Of a stretch of DNA of 64,000 nucleotides, positions 1-10,719 are shown one piece after another. Numbering within the stretch: the first letter of the stretch is position 1; each line of letters starts with the position of its first letter. Made by a program: the position numbers and the translations under genes. The notes below the pieces were generated by a model. It ran no database searches. It saw nothing but the letters and a program-made list of their open reading frames with translations, and was not told where the DNA came from. The DNA comes from an uncultured Alphaproteobacteria bacterium (lineage in GTDB: Bacteria > Pseudomonadota > Alphaproteobacteria > HIMB59 > GCA-002718135): positions 28,457 through 92,456 of the forward strand of contig CACEPG010000001.1 of NCBI GenBank assembly GCA_902561355.1, in the 5' to 3' direction.

Positions 1-1
1 A

Positions 2-718
2 AAAATTTCTTTAAAACATACAAGAAAATATTGGGATAGAAGGCAGGAATTTGAACCTGAATTATACAAACCAGATGAAGCAATAAAAGATGGTTTAAAT
101 AAAAAAACAAATGCATTGCTTGTTGAAACAGCAGACGCTTGCGGAGGAGGTGCGGCAGGAGACAGCGTTATAACACTCAAGGATTTAGTTAAAATTGCGC
201 CTGAATCAAAATCCTTAGTTCATGTAGTGGATCCAATAGCAGCTATGAAGTGTTCAAAAATGCAAGCTGGAGAAATTATAGAAATTTTACTAGGTCATCA
301 AGTAGATAATCAGTGGGGTGAGCCTATTAAAATTAGAGTAAAAATTGAAAAAGTTTCTGATGGAAAATTTAAATATAATGGAGGGATATGGGATAACACA
401 GTTGGTGAAATGGGTCCAACTGCTCTTGTTAGTATTAATGAAATTAATATATTAATATCTACATTTGGTACTTATGAATGGAATTGTGAACAATTTTTAT
501 CATTTGATTTAAATTTAGATTCATACAAATTTGTTGTTGTTAAAAATCCAATGAATTATAAAAATACATTTTCTCATATTAAAAATATTTATGTACTAGA
601 TACACAAGGACCAACACCTCCAACTTGTAAACACCTTAAATTTAAAAAAATGTTTAATTATTTTCCAAAGGAAAAAGATTTAAAATTTGATGATATTCTT
701 ATCTCTTATAATAATTAA
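2..718 (+). CDS. M81 (MlrC-like) metallopeptidase, C-terminal part, 5'-truncated by the window edge
   Basis: The frame is open from base 2, upstream of the ORF-track start at 116. ETADACGGGAAGD, MGPTA and VVVKN match the MlrC C-terminal domain pattern. Confidence 0.75.
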   Translation, partial: KISLKHTRKYWDRRQEFEPELYKPDEAIKDGLNKKTNALLVETADACGGGAAGDSVITLKDLVKIAPESKSLVHVVDPIAAMKCSKMQAGEIIEILLGHQVDNQWGEPIKIRVKIEKVSDGKFKYNGGIWDNTVGEMGPTALVSINEINILISTFGTYEWNCEQFLSFDLNLDSYKFVVVKNPMNYKNTFSHIKNIYVLDTQGPTPPTCKHLKFKKMFNYFPKEKDLKFDDILISYNN

Positions 719-721
719 TAA

Positions 722-1783
722 ATGTTAAATAAGAATAATTTTATAATTGATTATAAAAATAAAAAACCAAATAATTTTAAAAAATATAAAATTGGAATAA
801 TTGGAGCAGGTAATATTGTAGAAAATTCTCATTTACCAATATATGAAGCTGAAAAATTAAATATTATTAATATTTTTGATACTAATATTGAAAAAGCAAA
901 ATTTTTAAAAAAAAAATATAATATAATTAATTATTCCAATAATATTGAAGAATTTTTTAATGATAAAAATATTGATATTGTAGATATTGCAGTCCCAGCA
1001 GAATTTAATCATGATTTATTTCAACAAGCTTTAAATTATAATAAGCATATATTAATTCAAAAGCCTTTATCTAATAACATAGAAACGGCAAAAAAAATTT
1101 TAACAAAATATAGAAATGCTAATATTAAAGCTAACGTTAATCATCAAATGCGTTATTCACCATCTATAAAAGCTGCAAATTATTTAATAAAAAAAAATTA
1201 TTTTGGTCAAATAAAAAGTTTCAAATTTTACACACATAGAAAAACAGATTGGTCAATATGGCCTTGGTTAAGTAAAATTGACTATCCTGAACTACGTTAT
1301 AATTCAATACATTACTTAGATTCTATTAGGTGTCTTTTTGGAAATCCAAATAATGTTAAAGCTGAATTAATTCATTCTAGAAATAGCATTTTAGATAAAC
1401 CAACTAATATATACGTTACTTTTAAATATAATAATGGATTAACTGGTGTTTTAGATATTACTCATGATAGTAAAAAAAAACCAGATGATTGGACAGCAGG
1501 TTTTGAAATAATTGGAGTCAATGGTAATTGTAAAGGGATAATAAGTTCTATGATTGGCAATGGTACTTCTTTTCCTGATAAAATTAAGTTTTCATACTAT
1601 AAAAATAATAAATTAAATAGTTATGAAAAAGAACTAGAAGGCAGGTGGTTTTCTGAGTCCTTCGCGGGACCAATGTTTTCATTATTTAATGCAATAGAGT
1701 TTGATATCCAGCCTGAAACAAATATTTATGATGCTTTTGAAACATTAAATTTAGTTGAAGAAGTGATCAAAAGTCAAGATTAG
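722..1783 (+). CDS. Gfo/Idh/MocA family oxidoreductase
   Basis: IGIIGAGNI Rossmann motif, HILIQKPL (EKP-like), NHQMRY, SIHYLD. Confidence 0.85.
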   Translation: MLNKNNFIIDYKNKKPNNFKKYKIGIIGAGNIVENSHLPIYEAEKLNIINIFDTNIEKAKFLKKKYNIINYSNNIEEFFNDKNIDIVDIAVPAEFNHDLFQQALNYNKHILIQKPLSNNIETAKKILTKYRNANIKANVNHQMRYSPSIKAANYLIKKNYFGQIKSFKFYTHRKTDWSIWPWLSKIDYPELRYNSIHYLDSIRCLFGNPNNVKAELIHSRNSILDKPTNIYVTFKYNNGLTGVLDITHDSKKKPDDWTAGFEIIGVNGNCKGIISSMIGNGTSFPDKIKFSYYKNNKLNSYEKELEGRWFSESFAGPMFSLFNAIEFDIQPETNIYDAFETLNLVEEVIKSQD

Positions 1784-1796
1784 TAAAAAAATTTAA

Positions 1797-3056
1797 TTAT
1801 TTTATTTTGTCATTATCAACTTTAAGTATTAATAATAAACCTATAGCAAATAAAACCAATAAAGAAGCTAAACCTAGTTGTGGTGAAGAAAAAATAAAAG
1901 CAATAGTTCCATATAAAACTGGTCCTACAAAAGAAGTGACTTTTCCTGAAAATGAATAAAATCCAAAAAATTCAAACTTTTTATTTTCTGGTATTGATTT
2001 TGCGAAATATACCCTGCTCGCAGATTGAACAGGACCAAAAAAACTACTTAATATAATTGCTAAAACAATAAATAGATTTTTCTGATCAATAAACAGTATG
2101 ATAAAACTTATTAAAAATATACTTATTAAAGAAAAAACAATGGTATTTTTAGATCCTATTCTATTTTCAATAAATGAGAAAACCCAACTTCCTATTCCAG
2201 CAGCTATATTCGTGCCTATTCCAAGCATTATAATATCAGTAGTTGACATCCCAAATACAACAGTAGCGTAAATAGCAGCAACTGCAAATATAGCATTAAT
2301 GCCATCCATATAAAATAATCTAGCAATCAAAAACCAAACTAGATTTTTGTATTTTTGTATTTCATTAAAAGTTATTTTGATTTGTTTAAATGATTCACTA
2401 AATGTATTTTTTGCTTCTAATTTGTCTGTAATAGGATCTTTAAAAGTAATAAATAAGGGTAGTGCAAATAATAAAATCCAAAATCCTGTAATTAAAAAGC
2501 TTATTCTAATATTTTCATAACTATCTAAATCAAGATCAATTATAGGATCTGCTGGTAAAAAAAATAATCCATAATAAATTATGAAAATAATAACTGTTCC
2601 AGCGTAACCTAAACCCCAAGCAAATCCTGATATTCTTGCAAAATTTTGTTTATTAGTTATCAATTTTAATTGTCCATTATAAAATATTTGTGAAATTTCA
2701 TAAGACAGATTACCGATAAAAATTAAAATTATGATTATAAAAAGATTAATTAGATTTGGTTCTGCAAACCATAAACTTAATGCAATCAATGCATAAATTA
2801 TAGTTGTAGAAATTAACCAAATTTTTGATTTTTGAGATTGATCAGAAATACTTCCAACAATCGGACTCAATATTGCTGCGAGTAAACTTGATAATCCTAT
2901 TGTCCACGTCCAAAATAAAGTGCCTTGATCAGGGTTAGGAGATAACACATCAACAAAATATCTTGAAAAGATAAATGTAACAATAATTGCTGACCAAGCA
3001 GAATTAGCCCAATCATAAAAAGCCCATGATAATCTTACATTAAATTTATCATTCAT
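1797..3056 (-). CDS. MFS transporter, UMF1/Atg22 family
   Basis: SWAFYDWANSA N-terminal motif, about 12 hydrophobic segments, GPVQSASR, EFFGFY. Confidence 0.85.
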   Translation of the reverse strand: MNDKFNVRLSWAFYDWANSAWSAIIVTFIFSRYFVDVLSPNPDQGTLFWTWTIGLSSLLAAILSPIVGSISDQSQKSKIWLISTTIIYALIALSLWFAEPNLINLFIIIILIFIGNLSYEISQIFYNGQLKLITNKQNFARISGFAWGLGYAGTVIIFIIYYGLFFLPADPIIDLDLDSYENIRISFLITGFWILLFALPLFITFKDPITDKLEAKNTFSESFKQIKITFNEIQKYKNLVWFLIARLFYMDGINAIFAVAAIYATVVFGMSTTDIIMLGIGTNIAAGIGSWVFSFIENRIGSKNTIVFSLISIFLISFIILFIDQKNLFIVLAIILSSFFGPVQSASRVYFAKSIPENKKFEFFGFYSFSGKVTSFVGPVLYGTIAFIFSSPQLGLASLLVLFAIGLLLILKVDNDKIK

Positions 3057-3064
3057 AATGTTAA

Positions 3065-3964
3065 CTAGTACCCTAGTTTAGTTTCTGATTGAGGCAATCT
3101 TTTATATTCTTCTATGTAATTATGAAAATGAATAGTTGTGGAAATACTATCTGAAAAAACTACTCCGTATTGAGCTGGCCCTTCCAATATAACAATATTT
3201 TCATATTGCTTAGACATTTCGTCAATCATTTCACGACTTATTTTATTTTCATCTTTCATATTTTTTAATTCATTTAAATTATAATTAAATGGAGTAAAAA
3301 AATTCTTTACAGAGTGTGTAAAGTGACTGCCACCAATTGTTGTTTGTGGAATATTGTTTTTAATAGTTGTTGAAGTAATATGTACATGACCTGTTATAAT
3401 ATGTCTGATATTTGATTTATTTTTTACTACATTAAAAAAGTCATTTGGATTTTCTAAAGAAATTAAATCTATGTAAGGGCTTTGAATTTTTGTGACATGA
3501 TGGTGCATCACTAAAATAGTAGGTAAGTTATCATTTTTGATAATATGATTTTTTAACCATTTTAATCTTGTTTCACATAATCTACCTTCCCCCAACAAAT
3601 TTTCTTCATATGTATCTAGAATAATTATTCTTTGATTTTTAATATCAATAATATTTTGAATAAATCCATTTATGTCAGAGTATTCATCTTTGAAAACTTT
3701 TTTAAAATTATTTCTATGATCATGATTACCAATGGTTAAATATAAAGGTATTTTCAGTTTTTGAATAATTTTATGGAATCTTTCATATGACTCAATATCG
3801 CCTCTATCTGTTATATCTCCAGCATGGATACAAAAATCTGCATCAGGATGATCTTTATTGATACTTTCAATTGCTAAATTTAAACGCTCAGCAGAATCTA
3901 ATCCGTTACATCTTTGATTTTTAGGTACTATATGAGTATCTGAAATGACAATAAACTTTAGCAT
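3065..3964 (-). CDS. Calcineurin-like metallophosphoesterase (CpdA/GpdQ-type phosphodiesterase)
   Basis: Metal motifs SDTH, GDITD, GNHD, MHH, GHVH. Confidence 0.85.
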   Translation of the reverse strand: MLKFIVISDTHIVPKNQRCNGLDSAERLNLAIESINKDHPDADFCIHAGDITDRGDIESYERFHKIIQKLKIPLYLTIGNHDHRNNFKKVFKDEYSDINGFIQNIIDIKNQRIIILDTYEENLLGEGRLCETRLKWLKNHIIKNDNLPTILVMHHHVTKIQSPYIDLISLENPNDFFNVVKNKSNIRHIITGHVHITSTTIKNNIPQTTIGGSHFTHSVKNFFTPFNYNLNELKNMKDENKISREMIDEMSKQYENIVILEGPAQYGVVFSDSISTTIHFHNYIEEYKRLPQSETKLGY

Positions 3965-4064
3965 ATTTTGACTATTTATGATTGTCTTTACATCTTTTTA
4001 ACGATTTTATAAAAATAAAATTTATAAAGTTTTTTTCTTTTGTGTTAGTTTAATTTAATAATTC

Positions 4065-4802
4065 ATGAAAAATTTTAAAAGATTTCAAAATAAAAAAGCC
4101 TTAATCACTGGAGCTAATGGTGGTATAGGTAAAGTTTTAGTTAAATCACTAAAAAAAGAAGGAGCGTCAGTAGCTGTTACAGATATTGATACTTCTAAAA
4201 TTATTGCAGATGCAAATTATGATGGTAATTTGACTGATTCAAAATTCTGTGATGAACTTCCAAAAAAAGTTTTTGATAAATTTAATGGTCTTGATATCTT
4301 ATGTAATGTTGCTGGTGTTATAACTAGAGGTAAAATTAATGATGTTTCTGATGAAGATTATAATAGTACCATGAAAGTTAATGTAGAAGCACCATTTAGA
4401 TTGTGTAGAGCTAGTATCCCTTTAATGAAAAAAGGAAGTGCTATTGTAAATGTTTCTTCCTGCTGGGGTTTAAGACCAGGACCAAATCATCCTTTATATG
4501 TTATGTCTAAAGCTGCTATAGCTTCTTTAACACAATGCTTAGGTTTAGATCATGCTCATCAAGGTATCAGAATTAATGCAGTGTGCCCAAATGAAGTTAA
4601 TACTCCAATGCTTAGAAGTGGTTTTGAAGTTAGAGGAATAAATCCTGATCGAGCAATTCAGGAATTAAATAAAACAATCCCTTTAGGTAGAATAGCAGAA
4701 CCAAAAGACATTGTAGATGTAATATTATTTTTGCTATCTGATGAATCTAGGTACATGTGTGGATCTATTGTAGAAGTTAATGGTGCAAAACAAGTGTTAT
4801 GA
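4065..4802 (+). CDS. Short-chain dehydrogenase/reductase (SDR)
   Basis: TGANGGIG, NVAG, catalytic YVMSK. Confidence 0.9.
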   Translation: MKNFKRFQNKKALITGANGGIGKVLVKSLKKEGASVAVTDIDTSKIIADANYDGNLTDSKFCDELPKKVFDKFNGLDILCNVAGVITRGKINDVSDEDYNSTMKVNVEAPFRLCRASIPLMKKGSAIVNVSSCWGLRPGPNHPLYVMSKAAIASLTQCLGLDHAHQGIRINAVCPNEVNTPMLRSGFEVRGINPDRAIQELNKTIPLGRIAEPKDIVDVILFLLSDESRYMCGSIVEVNGAKQVL

Positions 4803-5536
4803 CTAATTTAAAAAATAAAGTAGCTCTTATTACAGGTGGGTCATCAGGAATTGGTGCTGCCACAGCTAAATTACTAGAAGAGAAAGGTGCAAGAGTTTTT
4901 TGTGCCCAGAGAACAAAATCTTTACATGAAAATATTTTAATTGATTTAAAGGATAATAATAATTTAAAAAAAATAATATCAGAAGTTAACGATAAAGCAG
5001 GAAGACTAGATATATTAATTAACAATGCTGGTATAATGAAAGAAAATACGGTTGAAGAAATTTCCTTAGAAGAGTGGAATGATCATTTAAATATAAATTT
5101 AACAGTTCCATTTTTATTAATTAAATATGCTTTACCTCTCCTTAAAAAAAATAATGGCTCAATAGTTAATGTAGGATCTATAGAGGGATTAGGAAATAAT
5201 CCAAGACATCCCGCTTATGGAGCATCAAAATCAGGTTTGCATGGATTAACAAGGGCTGTTGCTGTTGATCATGGAGCTGAGGGGATTAGATGTAATGCTG
5301 TTGCACCAGGATGGATCAATACTAAGTTAAACAAAGATTTTATTAATAGTATAGAAAATAATAATAATTTTTTAGATAAATTAAATCATATTCACCCAAT
5401 TGGTAGGATAGGCGAACCTACTGAGGTAGCTAATTTAATATGTTGGCTTGTTTCTGAAGAAGCTAGTTTTGTTACGGGTCAAATTTGGACAATAGATGGC
5501 GGAAGAATGATTAAGTTAAGTTTACCCGAGAATTAG
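4799..5536 (+). CDS. Short-chain dehydrogenase/reductase (SDR)
   Basis: TGGSSGIG, NNAG, YGASK. ATGA overlap with the preceding SDR. Confidence 0.9.
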   Translation: MTNLKNKVALITGGSSGIGAATAKLLEEKGARVFCAQRTKSLHENILIDLKDNNNLKKIISEVNDKAGRLDILINNAGIMKENTVEEISLEEWNDHLNINLTVPFLLIKYALPLLKKNNGSIVNVGSIEGLGNNPRHPAYGASKSGLHGLTRAVAVDHGAEGIRCNAVAPGWINTKLNKDFINSIENNNNFLDKLNHIHPIGRIGEPTEVANLICWLVSEEASFVTGQIWTIDGGRMIKLSLPEN

Positions 5537-5549
5537 ATAACAATTATTT

Positions 5550-6677
5550 ATGAGATATTTAGTTTTTTTATTATTATTTGTTTTTCCTAATCAGTTATTT
5601 TGTGAAGTTTTAATTTCAGACTATGAAGATTATGAATTCGTAAATAATGATTTTAATTTAGAAGAACTTCCATTTGAATTAAATAATCCTTGGGGAATGA
5701 CATTTATTAACGAAGAAACACTTTTGATAACTGAAAAAAAAGGAAATTTATACAAAATTAATATTAAAAACAAAACAAAAGAAAAAGTAAATCATGATTT
5801 AAACTTAATTGCTTTTGGACAAGGTGGCTTACTAGATATTTTATATTATGAAGGATATGTTTATTTTACTTATAGTCATAAGGTAGATAAAAAATCTTCA
5901 AGCACAGCAATTGCAAGAGGTAATTTAATAAATAATACAATTCAAAATTTAGAAGTAATTTTTATTTCTCAACCTGGCATTAGTTATTCAGATGTTCATT
6001 TTGGTTCAAGATTAGCAATCAAAAATAATTATTTATTTGCCAGTATTGGTGAAAGAGGAAAAGGAATGATTGCTCAAGATCCTACAAAACATCCTGGAAG
6101 CATTATAAGAATACATCTTGATGGTTCTATTCCTGCAGATAATCCAAAATTTATTAATAAACCTGAATGGCTTCCTGAAATTTATCAAATTGGAGTTAGA
6201 AATCCTCAAGGCATGACTTTGTCACCATTTGATAATCAAATTTATATTTCTAATCATGGACCGATGGGTGGTGATTTTATAGGAATAGTTAAACACTCAG
6301 GAAATTATGGATGGAAAGAAATAGGTTGGGGAGGTAAAAATTATAGTTATTCTCAAATTGGTGATGGCAAAGCCTTTAAAGACAAATTTGATAAACCATT
6401 ATTAAGTTGGGTTCCTTCAATAGCTCCATCTGATATAGTTTTTTATAATCATCAATTATTTTCTGAATGGAAAGGAGATTTATTAGTAACTTCACTAAAG
6501 TTTAAAATGTTATTAAAAATTACTATTAATGAGAATAAAGAGACTGTTATTAGAAAAATTATAAAAAACAATACTGGTAGAATAAGGGATGTTGAAATCG
6601 ATAATAATGGTCAAATTTATATAATAATTGATGATAAAAATTCCTCTATTTTTAGGATAACAAAAGATCATTTATAA
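5550..6677 (+). CDS. PQQ-dependent sugar dehydrogenase (YliI/Asd family), exported
   Basis: Signal peptide, PWGMTF, GQGGLLD, HFGSR, GVRNPQG, NYGW, GRIRDV. Confidence 0.88.
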   Translation: MRYLVFLLLFVFPNQLFCEVLISDYEDYEFVNNDFNLEELPFELNNPWGMTFINEETLLITEKKGNLYKINIKNKTKEKVNHDLNLIAFGQGGLLDILYYEGYVYFTYSHKVDKKSSSTAIARGNLINNTIQNLEVIFISQPGISYSDVHFGSRLAIKNNYLFASIGERGKGMIAQDPTKHPGSIIRIHLDGSIPADNPKFINKPEWLPEIYQIGVRNPQGMTLSPFDNQIYISNHGPMGGDFIGIVKHSGNYGWKEIGWGGKNYSYSQIGDGKAFKDKFDKPLLSWVPSIAPSDIVFYNHQLFSEWKGDLLVTSLKFKMLLKITINENKETVIRKIIKNNTGRIRDVEIDNNGQIYIIIDDKNSSIFRITKDHL

Positions 6678-6706
6678 AATCATCAATTTATGATATTTTT
6701 TTAAAA

Positions 6707-7672
6707 ATGACTGTTAATGAAAAAAATAAGTGGAATTTTCATCCTAAACTTCCTGTTGGATTTTATCCATTATTTGATTGGCCGCCATCACCAATGAAGT
6801 GGATTAAATTCATATGGAATTATTGGCTACAAAAATCAGATAGAACTATACTTTTACTTATATCTTTATTTACTTATTTTTTTCTTTTTCCTCCTATGGA
6901 AGAAATGTCAAAAATTGAATTTGATTGGATATCTCTAATAGTTTTAAGAAATTATTTTTTAATATTAGTTGTTGCCGGAGGACTTCATTGGTGGTTTTTT
7001 ATGCGTCAAGGACAAGGAGATCAATTTAAATACGACACGCGTACAAGAAACAATCAAAGTAAAATATTTACTTTTAATAATAATGTTTATGATAATATGT
7101 TCTGGACACTTGTGTTTGGTGTTCCTATTTGGGTTTTTTTCGAAGTTATTCTTCTTTGGTCTTTTGGCTCAGGGAGAATAGAAATTTTTTATTTTAATGA
7201 TGGGTGGATATGGTTTTGTTTATTGTTTCCTTTATTACAAATCTGGCAAAGTTTTCATTTTTATTGTTATCATCGATTAATTCATATTCCTTTTTTATAT
7301 AAAATTGCTCACTCTGTTCACCATCGTAACGTTAATCCAGGTCCATGGTCAGGATATTCTATGCATCCAATTGAACAAACAATTTATATAAGTTCTTTAT
7401 TAATTCACTTAGTTGTACCCAGTCATCCTTTACATATACTGTACCATTTGTATTGGTTGGTTCTAGGCACTATTTCCACACATGCTGGCTATGAAAAAAT
7501 TTGGGTTAAAGAAAAAAATCTTCTAACAGTTGGTTCTTTTTTCCATCACCTTCATCACCGGTATTTTAACTGTAACTATGGCAATCCTGAAATACCTTTT
7601 GATCGATGGTTTGGTAGTTATCATGATGGCACAGAAGAAGCGACTAATAAATTAAAAAATAAATTGATATAA
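6707..7672 (+). CDS. Sterol desaturase / fatty acid hydroxylase family membrane di-iron enzyme
   Basis: His boxes HRLIH, HSVHH, HHLHH, plus NYG and hydrophobic segments. Confidence 0.88.
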   Translation: MTVNEKNKWNFHPKLPVGFYPLFDWPPSPMKWIKFIWNYWLQKSDRTILLLISLFTYFFLFPPMEEMSKIEFDWISLIVLRNYFLILVVAGGLHWWFFMRQGQGDQFKYDTRTRNNQSKIFTFNNNVYDNMFWTLVFGVPIWVFFEVILLWSFGSGRIEIFYFNDGWIWFCLLFPLLQIWQSFHFYCYHRLIHIPFLYKIAHSVHHRNVNPGPWSGYSMHPIEQTIYISSLLIHLVVPSHPLHILYHLYWLVLGTISTHAGYEKIWVKEKNLLTVGSFFHHLHHRYFNCNYGNPEIPFDRWFGSYHDGTEEATNKLKNKLI

Positions 7673-7675
7673 TAT

Positions 7676-9487
7676 ATGATCAATAGATTTTCAGTTCCTT
7701 TATTATCTGAATCAACAATTCATTTAGCTAATGTAGCATCTGCTAATAAAGAACCTGATAAAGTTTTATTTAATGCTAGAATTTTATCTACATATTCAGA
7801 TAGAATATTGGAAAATAAAGAAATTTGGATTTCTAAAGGTAGAATAGCATGTATTAAACCCACAGGCACTTACCAAAAAAAATTTTCATTTGATAAATCA
7901 AAAATTTATGATGCTAAAAATAATATTTTAGCCCCAGGTCTTATAGATCCTCATATGCACATAGAAAGTAGTATGATGACTGGTTGTGCTTATGCTGAAG
8001 CAGCTTTGTTAAACGGTACTACAACTATTTTTTGTGATTCACATGAAATAGGTAATGTTTGCGATGTAGAAGGTATAGAATGGATGCTTCAAGATTGTAG
8101 AGAAGCGCCTTTATCAATTTTTTTGACAGTACCTAGTACTATTCCTGCTACAAATGATAAATTAGAAACAGCAGGCGGCGATTTAACAGCAAAAAAGACT
8201 GCAATGCTTTTTGATAATTGGCCTGAAATATTAGGTTTAGGTGAAAAAATGGATTTTGTATCTGTTTGTAATGGTGATGAAAGGTCTCACTCAATTATTG
8301 CTGAAACTTTAAAAAGAAATTTACCTGTCAGCGGACATGTCTTCGGAAGAGAATTTGTAGCAGCTTATGCCGCAAGTGGAGTTACTGATACTCATGAAGC
8401 AGAAGAAAAATTATTTACTAATGACTTATTAGATTCTGGTTTGTGGATTTTTTTACGTGGTGGTAATCCAAAAACACCTTGGAACAGCATGAAAGAAGCA
8501 ATAAAAGTTATTACTGAATTTGATGCTAGTACTAAAAGAATTTGTTTATGTACAGATGATAGAGATGCAGATGATCTTTTTAATTTTGGTTTAGATTGGG
8601 TTGTAAGACAAGCAAATAAACTTGGTCTTGGTAAATCTAGTTCATGGTCAATGGGCTCACTTCATCCAGCAACAAGATATAATATTGATAATGAATATGG
8701 CGCATTAGGACATAGCAGAAGAGCAGATATTATTATGATTGATGATAATTTAGAAATATTCAATACATGGATAGGGGGAGCTTTAGCAGTTGAAGATAAA
8801 AAAGTAACATCTGAATTAGACAAACAATTAACGAATAATAGATATAAATACCCAAGTAGGGCATACAACACTGTTATACTTCCAAAAGAAATAGAATATA
8901 TTCCTAAAATTCCGGATAAGCCTAAATTTAAAATGAATGTAATCAAAACAGAATTACCCGGTATTATGACTTTTCAAGAAACAATAAATATTAATTCACA
9001 TTTATCAGATTGGAACAAAATTCTTGAAAATCATAATCTTTGTCATTTAGCAGTTATTGAAAGACATGGAAAGAATGGTGAATATGCACATGGTTTTCTT
9101 AAAAATTTTAATTTAAAGTTTGGGGCAGTGGCAAGTAGTGTGGGGCATGATGCTCATAATATTATTGTTGCAGGCTTAAATGAGATTGATATGAAAATTG
9201 CAGTAGACATTATAAATGATTTTCAAGGTGGGATTGTTATTGTTAATAAGGGTAAACTAATTTCCAGTGTAAAACTTCCAATAGCAGGTTTATTGTCTGA
9301 TAAAAAAGCTTCAGATGTTGCAGAAGAAAATAAAGTATTCAAGAAGCACTGGAATAATGCAGGTTGTACCTTAGCTTATATGGGTTTCAATCTATTGCCT
9401 TTATCTGTTATTCCAAATTTTCGAATTACTAATAAAGGGTTAGTAGATGTTAATACTATGAAAATAATTCCTTTGTTTGAATATTAG
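7676..9487 (+). CDS. ade: Adenine deaminase family amidohydrolase
   Basis: [44 protein letters not shown]; 603 aa. Confidence 0.82.
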   Translation: MINRFSVPLLSESTIHLANVASANKEPDKVLFNARILSTYSDRILENKEIWISKGRIACIKPTGTYQKKFSFDKSKIYDAKNNILAPGLIDPHMHIESSMMTGCAYAEAALLNGTTTIFCDSHEIGNVCDVEGIEWMLQDCREAPLSIFLTVPSTIPATNDKLETAGGDLTAKKTAMLFDNWPEILGLGEKMDFVSVCNGDERSHSIIAETLKRNLPVSGHVFGREFVAAYAASGVTDTHEAEEKLFTNDLLDSGLWIFLRGGNPKTPWNSMKEAIKVITEFDASTKRICLCTDDRDADDLFNFGLDWVVRQANKLGLGKSSSWSMGSLHPATRYNIDNEYGALGHSRRADIIMIDDNLEIFNTWIGGALAVEDKKVTSELDKQLTNNRYKYPSRAYNTVILPKEIEYIPKIPDKPKFKMNVIKTELPGIMTFQETININSHLSDWNKILENHNLCHLAVIERHGKNGEYAHGFLKNFNLKFGAVASSVGHDAHNIIVAGLNEIDMKIAVDIINDFQGGIVIVNKGKLISSVKLPIAGLLSDKKASDVAEENKVFKKHWNNAGCTLAYMGFNLLPLSVIPNFRITNKGLVDVNTMKIIPLFEY

Positions 9488-9524
9488 TTAGTTATTAATT
9501 AAATTGTGATATATTAATTATCTT

Positions 9525-9968
9525 ATGTCTTACGTATCCAATATTTGTGTAACAACAGAATCAGGTAAAAAAATGCAAGAAATAAAATCGGTTCAAGTTA
9601 TTGCTAATCAAGGCATTGTAAATGACAGGTATTTTAAAGAAGATAACGATAAAGATATTCAAATTACATTTATAGAAAGTGAAAACGTTGATTATTATAA
9701 TCAAATATCAGGAACTAATTTTTTACCAACTGATTTTAGAAGGAATGTTATCACAAAAGGAATTAGTTTAAACGAATTAGTTGGAAAAGAAATTTTAGTA
9801 GGTGAAGTAAAGATGAAAGTTCACCGTTTATGTGATCCATGTAGATATTTACAAGAATTATTAGTTCAAAAAAATTTAGTAAAAAAACTCTTAAATAGAG
9901 GTGGTTTGCGATGTGAATTACTTACTAATGGACTTATAAATGTTAATGATGTTATTAAAATTTTATAA
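9525..9968 (+). CDS. MOSC domain protein
   Basis: GIVNDRY, RRNVIT, LCDPC, RGGLRC. Confidence 0.85.
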   Translation: MSYVSNICVTTESGKKMQEIKSVQVIANQGIVNDRYFKEDNDKDIQITFIESENVDYYNQISGTNFLPTDFRRNVITKGISLNELVGKEILVGEVKMKVHRLCDPCRYLQELLVQKNLVKKLLNRGGLRCELLTNGLINVNDVIKIL

Positions 9969-10024
9969 TTTTCAAAGACTAATATTATTGTAATAAAAGT
10001 ATTTTAATCTAAAAATTAATTTAA

Positions 10025-10717
10025 ATGAAAATAGCCCTTTTTATCCTCCATCAAAAAACTTCAGAAGCTGGAAGTATTGCTATCAAATTAAAGAAAAGAG
10101 GATTTAAATTTGAAATTGTAAGACCTTCTTTAGGTGAAGAATTGCCAACTGAGCTTAATAATTACAATGCAATAGTTGTTTTTGGTGGACCAATGAGTGT
10201 TAACGATAAAGATGAATACATGCAAAAAGAAATAGAATGGGTAGGTGAAGTTTTAAAAACAGAAGTTCCATTTTTAGGTATTTGCCTTGGTGCACAATTA
10301 GTAGCAAAGTATTTAGGATCAGAAGTGAAAACCAATAGTAATAATTTTTCTGAAATTGGTTTTTATAAAATTCAACCCGTTAATAAGGGGATTAAAATTT
10401 TTGAATCACAAGAAATTTTTTACCAATTTCATTCTGAAGGTTTTGATTTACCTCCTGACTGTGAATTGTTAGCAAAGGGAGATTTATTTAATAATCAAGC
10501 TTTTAAATATAAGAATTGTTATGCTTTGCAATTCCACCCTGAAGTAAATATATATTTACATTTAAAATGGTTATTTTTAGTTGCTATAAAAAAACCTAAA
10601 GTTTTTTTTAAAAAAGGTTCTCAAAATATATTTTATCAATTGGTTCTTAGAATGAAATATAACAGATCTATATCGAAATGGCTGGATAATTTTCTAGATG
10701 AATATTTTTTTGCATAA
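10025..10717 (+). CDS. Class I glutamine amidotransferase (stand-alone)
   Basis: FGGPMS, GICLGAQ (catalytic Cys), QFHPE (His-Glu). Confidence 0.88.
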   Translation: MKIALFILHQKTSEAGSIAIKLKKRGFKFEIVRPSLGEELPTELNNYNAIVVFGGPMSVNDKDEYMQKEIEWVGEVLKTEVPFLGICLGAQLVAKYLGSEVKTNSNNFSEIGFYKIQPVNKGIKIFESQEIFYQFHSEGFDLPPDCELLAKGDLFNNQAFKYKNCYALQFHPEVNIYLHLKWLFLVAIKKPKVFFKKGSQNIFYQLVLRMKYNRSISKWLDNFLDEYFFA

Positions 10718-10719
10718 TA

